From the NCBI GenBank assembly GCA_049999805.1, contig JBNGIO010005800.1, positions 125,031-189,030 on the forward strand: a stretch of DNA of 64,000 nucleotides, in the 5' to 3' direction. Positions 1 through 9,097 of this stretch are shown piece after piece (the stretch's first letter is position 1; each line of letters begins with the position of its first letter). The stretch is from Folioceros fuciformis (Eukaryota). Under the pieces are notes generated by a model. The model was not told where the DNA came from. It saw nothing but the letters and a program-made list of their open reading frames with translations, and did not search any database. Made by a program: the position numbers and the translations under genes.

Positions 1-478
1 TAGAGAACTTATACTAGAAAAATAGAGGTTTGAGAACTTATACCAAGCCTTCTGAGCTTGTTGTAATTTGGAAGTTTTAAAAGACAACTACAGTAACATT
101 GACTTCCCATTTGTAATAGGATCTTTGCGGTTCCTGTTCAGAAATGTGAGGAAGCTTCTATGACCTGCGAGATGGAGAGTGACTTCTAGAGAAGAGGAGC
201 AATCTCTTCGCAAGCAATGCTAGACGCACAAATCGAATGAGAGTGAATCATGAATCATCAATTTAAATCAGGAATCGTCCCAAAATAGTTCATGTGGGAC
301 TCGTCTTGAGCCGAGAAATGTCAAAGGAGCGGAAAACGACACAAGTAGACTAAGGTGCCCACCTGGAACGTACGAACTTATACCCCATGTCACAAATTGT
401 GTTTCCCTACGGAGAACTCCCAGACGGTTGCCAACAATCAGAAGAACTACAGAACCTCGAGTTCACGGTCTGGAAACC

Positions 479-1439
479 CTAAAAGTAGTGCGCCATTTGG
501 ATATCTTTTCTGAAGAAACCGCACTTTTCATAGAACGAAGCGTTTTCGACGGTACAATCCAGTATCACCTGCATTGCATTGGAAAGCCACACCATCTTGT
601 CAGGCTTGAGCAACAGTCATATGTCTGAACACTATTTGCAAACCCTGCCGGCACGTACCTTGTAGCATCCTGCTTCTTTTGCTCTGATTGTCAAAGCTTG
701 CACCACCCTGCATCGGCTAGAGTTCAGTAAAGGAACTGAAGAAACCGGATTAGCCAGCGTCCCAGGGCTCAGAAAGGCGGAAAAGTGGAGAATTGAGCTA
801 TTACCTCTGCCCAAGATGCAAACCACGGGCAACTTTGTCTACGACAACATCCTCTATGTGCCCCACCTGGAGAGACAATTTCAGGACACGATGAGTATCT
901 GAAGGGCGCCAGACACGGCACAAGAAAGTCCTCGAGAGGTGGTTCACCTTGCCACAATTACGGATGAATTTCTCTTCTATCATCAGGCTCCCCGTGCCCA
1001 CCACTTTGCCTCTTCGCACATCTGTTGAAACGATCTTAGCTGAAAAGACAGACAAAGGCAGGGCTGGGCAACAACAGGGTTCGACAGGATTACATACAAC
1101 ACACCTTCAACTACAAGAACATGATGAAGCTCCCCTCGTTTCTGCAGCTGTTCCAACCGACCTGCAACAGGTCAGCACATTTCGATTTCATCTGTTCCTG
1201 CACCGCATCACGGTGATCACGAATACCCCCAAAGCACCCTTACCAACGAACTGTGATTCGGAGACGTCACCCACAACGGTGAGCTGTTCCAGCAAGTCGA
1301 AGTAACCTGAGCACAAACATAATTACGACCCAAAAGCAACAGCTCAACAGAGACAGACATGCGCAGCGAGACGCTTACCTTTGTGGAAGTCACCAGCTTC
1401 CAGCGGCCTCAATTTGTACTCTTCGGACTGAAGAGCCAT
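479..1439 (-). CDS. GNA1: Glucosamine-6-phosphate N-acetyltransferase (GNAT family), 7 exons
   Basis: Hand-spliced GT-AG exons 1439-1379, 1306-1244, 1161-1105, 1021-948, 866-805, 707-659 and 568-479 give MALQSEEYKLRPLEAGDFHKGYFDLLEQLTVVGDVS...GTGSLMIEEKFIRNCGKVGHIEDVVVDKVARGLHLGQR...GCYKVILDCTVENASFYEKCGF...*, with the GNA1 hallmark motifs. Confidence 0.95.
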
Positions 1440-1827
1440 TACTATCTGGAGAGGAGTAGATCGCAAGATGTCACTCAAGTTCCTTGATTGTTGAAGGCTA
1501 GCTCATTGTGCCTTGTGTCAAATATGTAGTGTTGCCACACGCCAGACTTAGACAGTAAAGACACGCTATGTATCTACGCAGCTGATCCAGCACCGTGACA
1601 GACCTCAACCTTGTCCTGGATTAGGACCAAGATGTATACCTTTCCAACATTCAGCTGATGATCGCATTGGTTTGACAGCTTACCCTAGGACGCGCGTGCA
1701 TCGTTTTTGCCTCGCTCTCAACTTCAATGGTTTCGCCACAGCCCCATGTCGTGAGCACGAGGATGGAGCAGCATGAGAAACATTTGGACTAGGCAGGAGA
1801 CCTAAACGGTGGATCAGGCAGTAGGAA

Positions 1828-4680
1828 ATGGCGTTCCAGCTGGAGCTCTTGCTGGGTGCGATAACTCCTGATGGGATCTTGCATGATCCCAGCATATTGG
1901 CTGTGAAGCCTAGCTCGTCTTTCGCGTATGAAGGACGTGTGTTCCGCAAGGGGCAGGAGAATGCATGCCCAGCTGCTGGGCAAAAAGGCACAGAAGTCAC
2001 CTGTAATGAAGAAATGACACAGAAAGCTCGGCAGGAGCTCTTGTGGCACCACTGGTTGTCATATCCCTCAGACTGGTGGGACAACAGGGCGGACAAGAAG
2101 AGTCCACGCCATCCCGACTTCAGGCACAAAACTTCAAAGGAGCCTCTGTGGCTCAACAACTCGTATAAACCGGCTTGGGTGGATTTGCAGCTACCCAGTT
2201 GGGATTCGGATTCGCAGCTGGCCAGAGGACCTGGTGATGATAGAGGAGACTCTTGGGTTCACATGCTGGTCAAACGATGCGAGGAAGCAGAACTCAGGGA
2301 TGCTGTAGACGCCTTGGATCTTTTGGTGCAGCGGAGATGTTCTATCACTCACACCCTCTTCTCTCGTGTGCTCAAGCGATGCATAGCTCAGAAGGATCTT
2401 GTTAGTGGCAGGCGCGTGCATTGTCTTGCTATCACAAGTGGGTGCGGGTCTAATGCATTCATGGCCAATCACATCATTGTTATGTATGCTTCTCATGGAG
2501 AATTGGAGGAGGCAGTGAAGGTTTTCTCTACGGTGACTACGCCCAGCATCCACATGTGGTCCACCATCATCTTGGCGCATGCAAGGCACGGTCAGCCAAC
2601 TCAAGCCATCAGCTTGTATCGAGAGATGAAAGAGTCAGGTGTTCAGCCAGACAATCATATTTTTGTGGCAGCTCTGAGGGCATGTGCTTCTGCTGGGGAC
2701 CTGGTTGCTGGCAAGGAGGTCCATGCTCACATCCAGGCCTGTCCTGTCGCGGCTGACATTTTCGTTGGCAACAGTCTGGTGAGTATGTACGCCAAATGTG
2801 GCAGCTTGGATGATGCTCGCGAAGTGTTTGACAGTTTGGTCACGAAGGACGTTGTGACTTGGACTTCCATGATCGCAGGTTACAGTCAGCGGGGTCTTGG
2901 CCAAGAAGCTCTAGCTCTATATGCCGATATGGAGAACGAGGGCATTACTCCAGCCAATCAAGTGACTTTTGTGTCCCTTCTTCAGGCTTGTGCCAGTATG
3001 GGGGCGCTGCAGCCTGGGAAGGAGCTTCACTCACAGATTCGTGAACGTGGCCTTGAAGGAGATGCGATGATCGCCAACTCGTTAGTGAATATGTATGCTA
3101 AATGCGGTCGGTTGCAGGAGGGTCGGAAAGTGTTTGACAGTTTGCGCAGGAAGGACGTGGTCTCATGGACTGCGATGATCGCAGGATATTCTCAGCAGGG
3201 GCTGGGTGAAGAAGCCCTGTCCCTGTATTCGAGTATGCAACAGGAGGGCATCACTCCAGCGAATCGTGTTACGTTTGTATGCCTTCTTCAGGCATGTGCT
3301 AGTGTAGGAGCCCTGCAACAAGGAAAGCAGCTTCACTTACAAATTCGTCAGGAAGGCCTTGAAGGTGATGCAGCCATTGGTAACTGCTTAGTAAACATGT
3401 ATGCTAAGTGCGGGAGCTTGGAAGATGCTCGCAGAGTGTTTGACGCTCTGCCCACAAGGGATGTGGTGTCATGGACTGCCATGATTTCAGGATATACCCA
3501 GCAGGCTCTGGGTAAAGAAGCCCTGTCGCTGTATGCAAATATGCAAAAGGAGGGCATCACGGCGGTGGATCACGTTACATTTGTGTGCCTCCTCCAAGCC
3601 TGCACGAGTGTGGGAGCCCTGCAGCAGGGGAGGGAGCTCCACTCGCAGATTCGAGAAAAAGGCTTGGAGGGTGATCCATTTATTGGCAGCTGTCTGGTGG
3701 ACATGTATGCGAAATGTGGAAGCTTGGATGAGGCCCGCAGAATATTTGACGGATTGCCCACCAGAAATTCTGTGACATGGACAGCAATGGTCAAGGGCTA
3801 TGCTGAAAACGGTGATGGTCACAGGGCAATCCGGTGTTTTGAAGACATGCTTGAGCAAGGTGCGCAACCAGTTGAGACTACTTTCATATGTCTTCTTGTG
3901 GCATGCAGTCATGCAGGCCTGGTGGCTGAGGGCAAAAGGTATTTCAAGATGATGGTAGACGAGCATGGGATTGTGCCCAAGGATTATCATTACAGCTGCA
4001 TGGTTGATCTCCTTGGGCGTGCTGGCCAACTGGACGAGGCAGAAAGCATGTTAAGGAGCACCATACTGAACGATGCTGTGAGCTGGACGGCTCTACTGAC
4101 TGCTTGCAAGATCTACGGTGATGTTGAGCGCGGGCAACGGTGCTTCGACCACCTCGTACGCTTGTCACCTGACATGGCAAGTTCATACGTGCTGTTGGGC
4201 AACATGTACGCCAACGCAGGCCGGTGGGATGATGTGGATAGGATAGAGAAGTTGAGGAAATCAGCCGGTGCCTCGAAAAAGGCAGCAAAGGCATGCATCG
4301 AAGTGAAGAACGAGGTGCATGAGTTCACAGTAGGGGAAGATAGGTCTGACATCTCCTCAAAGCTGAGGAGCGTGAACACAAGGTTGAGGGAGGAAGGAGG
4401 CCACGTCCCACGGACACACCTGGTGCTAAGAACATTGTCTGAGCAAGAGAAGGAGGATGCTTTGTGTGGACATGCAGAGAAGCTGGCCTTGGCATATGGT
4501 CTGCTGAACACGCCGGAAGGCACAACTTTGGTCGTGACGAAAAATCTGCGTATGTGTGATGACTGCCACAGCAGCACGAAGATCATGTCACACCTTGAGA
4601 AGAGAGACATCATCGTCAGAGACGCGCACCGAGTACATCGGTTCATGGATGGGTCTTGTTCCTGTGGGGACAGGCATTGA
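1828..4680 (+). CDS. PLS-class PPR protein with N-terminal OSB-type PDF motif and C-terminal E/DYW:KP-like domain ending DRH (PPR-A, 950 aa)
   Basis: Intronless ORF with P-L-S triplets (MYAKCG..., VVTWTAMIAGY..., VTFVCLLQAC...), E motifs and KKAAKACIEV...HAEKLA...CDDCH...CSCGDRH. Residues 70-122 contain WWDNR..KSPRHPDFRHK..LWL..PAWV. The exact start or an upstream exon is uncertain. Confidence 0.93.
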   Translation: MAFQLELLLGAITPDGILHDPSILAVKPSSSFAYEGRVFRKGQENACPAAGQKGTEVTCNEEMTQKARQELLWHHWLSYPSDWWDNRADKKSPRHPDFRHKTSKEPLWLNNSYKPAWVDLQLPSWDSDSQLARGPGDDRGDSWVHMLVKRCEEAELRDAVDALDLLVQRRCSITHTLFSRVLKRCIAQKDLVSGRRVHCLAITSGCGSNAFMANHIIVMYASHGELEEAVKVFSTVTTPSIHMWSTIILAHARHGQPTQAISLYREMKESGVQPDNHIFVAALRACASAGDLVAGKEVHAHIQACPVAADIFVGNSLVSMYAKCGSLDDAREVFDSLVTKDVVTWTSMIAGYSQRGLGQEALALYADMENEGITPANQVTFVSLLQACASMGALQPGKELHSQIRERGLEGDAMIANSLVNMYAKCGRLQEGRKVFDSLRRKDVVSWTAMIAGYSQQGLGEEALSLYSSMQQEGITPANRVTFVCLLQACASVGALQQGKQLHLQIRQEGLEGDAAIGNCLVNMYAKCGSLEDARRVFDALPTRDVVSWTAMISGYTQQALGKEALSLYANMQKEGITAVDHVTFVCLLQACTSVGALQQGRELHSQIREKGLEGDPFIGSCLVDMYAKCGSLDEARRIFDGLPTRNSVTWTAMVKGYAENGDGHRAIRCFEDMLEQGAQPVETTFICLLVACSHAGLVAEGKRYFKMMVDEHGIVPKDYHYSCMVDLLGRAGQLDEAESMLRSTILNDAVSWTALLTACKIYGDVERGQRCFDHLVRLSPDMASSYVLLGNMYANAGRWDDVDRIEKLRKSAGASKKAAKACIEVKNEVHEFTVGEDRSDISSKLRSVNTRLREEGGHVPRTHLVLRTLSEQEKEDALCGHAEKLALAYGLLNTPEGTTLVVTKNLRMCDDCHSSTKIMSHLEKRDIIVRDAHRVHRFMDGSCSCGDRH

Positions 4681-5170
4681 TAGACGGTGAAGGCCCTCGT
4701 GTGCTCTCGGACCTACTTTCGCCCCAGGCCAAATGTGTAGACCTTACGGAACTGACACTTGACTTCTAAGCTAGATCCAAGGCTGGATGTTTCTCTTGTA
4801 TAGCTACTTACTTGGTTGTCACCTTACAATAAAGCAAGGTGACATACATCTTATCGAGATTTTGCCGATGAGAAGCCATTCAAAGCTTCGTGTGAGAACG
4901 TTGCATGATACAACAGCGAGAGCAGAATATGGTAGTACTGGGCGATGCTCTAGAAGCATGCAGGTAATAATAAATGTGAATGGCTGTGGAACTGACAATT
5001 AAGTGACAGGCCGTGGGAGGCATGTCCTCTATAATGGAACTGAGCTTGACATATCACTCCCACCACTTGCACTTGCAAGCAGAAGCTCCAGGGCATGGAC
5101 TGGTTTGAAGTCAAGCTCAGCTGGAATGAGAGATCGGTTCAGTGACAACTGGGCACTTCACACAGGTCCT

Positions 5171-8100
5171 TCAATGCCCATCTCTACAGGAACAAGCTCC
5201 GTCCTTGAATAGGTGCACTCGGTGAGCATCCCTTACAACGATATCTCTGTTTTCTAGACGTGACATGATCTTTGTGCTGCTGTGGCAGTCATTGCACATA
5301 CGAAGATTTTTTGTTACTACCAAGGTCGAGCCAGCTGGCGTGTTCAGCAGTCCATATGCCAGGGCCAGTTTTTCAGCATGTCCACACAAGGCATCCTCTT
5401 TCTCTTGCTCAGACACTGCCTTCAGCACCAGATGTGTTTGTGGGACATAGCCTCCTTCCTCCTTCAACCTCGTGTTCACAGTCTTCACCTTCGATGAAAT
5501 GTCGAATCTATCTTCTCCTACGGTGAATTCATGCACCTCTTTTCTCACTTCAATGCATGCCTTCGCGGCCTTCTTCATGGCACCTGCTGACTTTCTCAAG
5601 CTTTCTATCCTGTCCACGTCATCCCACCTGCCAGCATTTGCGTATAGGTTACCCAACAGCACATAAGAACTTGCCAGATCAGGTGCTAATTCTACCAGAC
5701 GCTCGAAGCATCTGACTCCACGATCTAAGTCTCCATGGCCTTTGCAAGCACTTAGCAAAGCCGTCCAGCCCACAACATCATTGAATAATGTGCTTCGCAA
5801 CAGATCTTCGGCCTCATCCAGTTTGCCGGACCGGCCTAGGAGATCGACCATGCAACTGTGGTGATGATCCGAGGGCACAATTCCATGGTCATCAACCATC
5901 ATCCTGAAGTATCGTCGGCCCTCATCCACCAGGCCCGCATGACTGCAGGCCACAAGGAGACATATGAAAGTCGTCTCATCTGGCTGAACCCCTTGCTGAA
6001 GCATGTCTTCGAAGCACTTGATTGCCATGCGTCCATCATTATGCTCCGCGTACCCATTGAGCAGCGCAGTCCAGGTCACCAAATTTCTTGAGGGCAATCC
6101 ATCAAACACTTGATGGGCATCTTCCAAACTGCCACATTTCGCATACATGGCGACCAGGGAGCTGCCAATGCAAGCATCAGCTTCAAGCCCCCTTTTCCGA
6201 ATTTGTAAGTGGAGGTCCTTTCCCTGCTGCAGTGCCCCAACACACCCACATGCTTGAAGCAGGCACATGAAGGTAACATGGTCTGCTGGCGTGATGCCCT
6301 CCTTTTCCATGCCGGTGTACAAAGCCAGCGCTTCTCTACCCATTCCCTGCTGAGAATACCCAGAAATCATTGCAGTCCAAGTCACTACATCTCTCTTGGG
6401 CAAACTGTCAAAGACTTCACGGGCTTCGTCCACACTCCCACATTTGCAATACATATCCACCAGGCAGCTGCCGATGAATGTGTCAGACTCTAGGCCTCTC
6501 CTCCGAATTTGTGAGTGAAGCTCCTTGCCCTGCTGTAATGCTCCCGCACTGGCGCACGCTTGTAGAAGGCACACAAAAGTTACATGATCAGCTGGAGTAA
6601 TGCCCTCCTTTTGCATAGATGCATACAGAGAAAGAGCCTCTTTGCCAAGGCCTTGCTGAGAATACCCTGCGATCATGGCAGTCCAGCTCACCACATCCCT
6701 GGTAGGCAAATTGTCAAATACCTTACGAGCATCCCTCAAGCTTCCACATTTAGCATACATATTCACCAAGGAGTTGCCGATGCCTGCATCGGATTCGAGG
6801 CGTCTTTCACGGACCTGTGAGTGAATCTGCTTCCCCTGCTGGAGTGCTCCCACACTTGCACATGCCTGGAGAAGGCACACAAATGTAACATTATTTGCAG
6901 GAGTGATCCCCTCTTGTTCCATGCTTGCATACAGAGCCAAAGCTTCTCGCCCAAGTCCTTGCTGAGAATAACCAGCAATCATTGCAGTCCATGTCACCAC
7001 ATCTCTCCTGGGGAGACTGTCAAACACCTTACGGGCATCATCTAAGCTCCCGCACTTCGCAAACATGGTCACTAAGCAGTTACCAATCACTGGATTGGCT
7101 TCCAGCCCCCTTTCTCGAATCTGCGAGTGGAGCTCTTTCCCTTGTTGCAGGGCTCCCACATTGGCAAAGGCCTGAAGGAGGCACACGAAAGTAACATGAT
7201 CCGCAGGAGTGATGCCCTCGCGTCGCATACTAGCATAGAGGGCAAGGGCTTCAGGACCGAGACCTTTCTGAGCATACCCTGCTATCATGGCAGTCCAAGT
7301 CACCACATCTCTCCTGGGCAAATTGTCGAAGACTTGGCGGGCATCTTCCAAACTTCCACATTTTGCATACATGTTCACTAAGCAGTTACCAATGACTGCA
7401 TCTCCCTCAAGGCCTCGTTCACGAATCTGGGAGTGAAGCTGCTTTCCTTGCTGCAAAGCTTCAACATTTGCGCAGGCTTGAAGAAGGCAAACGAAAGTGA
7501 CATGATTAGCTGGAGTGATGCCCTCATCCTCCATATTTGCATACACCGCGAGGGCTTGTCGCCCAAGACCCTGCTGACTATATCCTGCGATCATGGCAGT
7601 CCACGTCACCACATCCTTCTTGGGCAAACTGTCGAACACCTTCCGAGCTTCATCTAAGCTGCCACATTTGGCATACATGTTCACCAGACTGTTGCCCACG
7701 AACCCATCTGCCTTGCCAGCAAGGGCCTGAATGTCAGCATGCACCTCTTTGCCAGAGACCAGGTCCTCTGCGGAGGCACACGCCTTGAGAGCTGCAACGA
7801 AGACATGGCTGTCTGCCTCGACACCGGATTCTCGCATCTGTCGATACAAGTTGATTGCCTGCGAGGGCTGTCCATGTCGGGCATGCGCCAAGATGATGGA
7901 AGACCACATGTATACGCTGGGATTGCCCACTTGACTGAACACCTGCACGGCGTCCTCCAATTTCCCATGAGAGGCGTACATGCCAATGATGTGAGTGGCC
8001 AAGAATGGGTTGGACCCGCATCCTCTTTTGAGAGCAAGAGAATGAACGCGCTTACCACAAACAAGATCCTTTTGTGCCACGCACCTCTTGAGGACACGAG

Positions 8101-8617
8101 AGATGAGATTGTCGCTAACATAAAATCCCTGCTGGACCAGCCGGTCCAACGCCTCAACAGCCTGGCTCAGCTCTGCCTCCTCGCATCGCACCAACAAGCT
8201 CTGGGCTTCTGAGCCCTGGTCACCATCACCACAAGCAGGTCCCCTGGCCAGCTGTAAATCCCGGCTGGCGAGCTGCGAGTCCACCCAAGCCGGCTTATCA
8301 GAGTTGCTGAGCCATAGGGACTCCTTGGATGTCTTGTGCCTGAAGTCAGGATGGCGGGGGCTTCGTTTCTTCTCTGGCCTGTTGTCCCACCATTCCCAAG
8401 GGTAGGAGAAGAAGTGGTGCCACAGGAGCTCCTGCCGCTCTTTCTGTGTCACTCCTTCGGTGACGGAGGTGCTCGCACAGCAAGCTGGGCGTGCATCATA
8501 CTTCCCCGATCGTCCAGTCGGACAATTTCGGGACACACATCCTGCATCCATGCAAGGGGAGTTTGGCTTTGCGGACGACATTGTGGAGCCGCAGGAGAGC
8601 ACATCCGCAAATGCCAT
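5171..8617 (-). CDS. PLS-class PPR protein with N-terminal PDF motif and DYW:KP-like domain ending DGH (PPR-B, 1148 aa)
   Basis: Intronless paralog of PPR-A. PDF motif at 8431-8270; C-terminus HAEKLA...CNDCH...CSCRDGH. Confidence 0.93.
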   Translation of the reverse strand: MAFADVLSCGSTMSSAKPNSPCMDAGCVSRNCPTGRSGKYDARPACCASTSVTEGVTQKERQELLWHHFFSYPWEWWDNRPEKKRSPRHPDFRHKTSKESLWLSNSDKPAWVDSQLASRDLQLARGPACGDGDQGSEAQSLLVRCEEAELSQAVEALDRLVQQGFYVSDNLISRVLKRCVAQKDLVCGKRVHSLALKRGCGSNPFLATHIIGMYASHGKLEDAVQVFSQVGNPSVYMWSSIILAHARHGQPSQAINLYRQMRESGVEADSHVFVAALKACASAEDLVSGKEVHADIQALAGKADGFVGNSLVNMYAKCGSLDEARKVFDSLPKKDVVTWTAMIAGYSQQGLGRQALAVYANMEDEGITPANHVTFVCLLQACANVEALQQGKQLHSQIRERGLEGDAVIGNCLVNMYAKCGSLEDARQVFDNLPRRDVVTWTAMIAGYAQKGLGPEALALYASMRREGITPADHVTFVCLLQAFANVGALQQGKELHSQIRERGLEANPVIGNCLVTMFAKCGSLDDARKVFDSLPRRDVVTWTAMIAGYSQQGLGREALALYASMEQEGITPANNVTFVCLLQACASVGALQQGKQIHSQVRERRLESDAGIGNSLVNMYAKCGSLRDARKVFDNLPTRDVVSWTAMIAGYSQQGLGKEALSLYASMQKEGITPADHVTFVCLLQACASAGALQQGKELHSQIRRRGLESDTFIGSCLVDMYCKCGSVDEAREVFDSLPKRDVVTWTAMISGYSQQGMGREALALYTGMEKEGITPADHVTFMCLLQACGCVGALQQGKDLHLQIRKRGLEADACIGSSLVAMYAKCGSLEDAHQVFDGLPSRNLVTWTALLNGYAEHNDGRMAIKCFEDMLQQGVQPDETTFICLLVACSHAGLVDEGRRYFRMMVDDHGIVPSDHHHSCMVDLLGRSGKLDEAEDLLRSTLFNDVVGWTALLSACKGHGDLDRGVRCFERLVELAPDLASSYVLLGNLYANAGRWDDVDRIESLRKSAGAMKKAAKACIEVRKEVHEFTVGEDRFDISSKVKTVNTRLKEEGGYVPQTHLVLKAVSEQEKEDALCGHAEKLALAYGLLNTPAGSTLVVTKNLRMCNDCHSSTKIMSRLENRDIVVRDAHRVHLFKDGACSCRDGH

Positions 8618-9097
8618 GTCCAGCGGATGCTCCTACAGCTACTCCAGATGCGTCTACGTATGTCTGCACATTGACGTTTTGAAGACGAGCTCCTCACAAG
8701 TCATCATCCGGAAATGGATATGGCTGGGAAGCGAGCTATCGACAACCATTGTTTGGTGTCACATTTCCCGTCAGTTATTGTCTCTCTAAAACGACACTGC
8801 CGGGCTTCCAAGTTTCCACACACCTTCCTCAGGTAGAATTAGGACATGAAAAGAATCCAAAACAACGATGAACACTGACGAAGGCTGCGTCTGGTCTCCC
8901 TTGGTAGTAGCTTCTCTTTCTTATCAACCTGTTTGTTGTGGCTTCAAAAGTGGACAATGCGTCTGGAAGAGAGGCTTACAGATCTTGGTGGAATAGGCGC
9001 GTGGATTGTGCATCCGTCGCCTGCAAGCCTGAAGCGCCGTAACGCCCAGGACCAGCAGCTCACATTCGTGATGAAGTGAAGACCCAGCAAGGGAACC

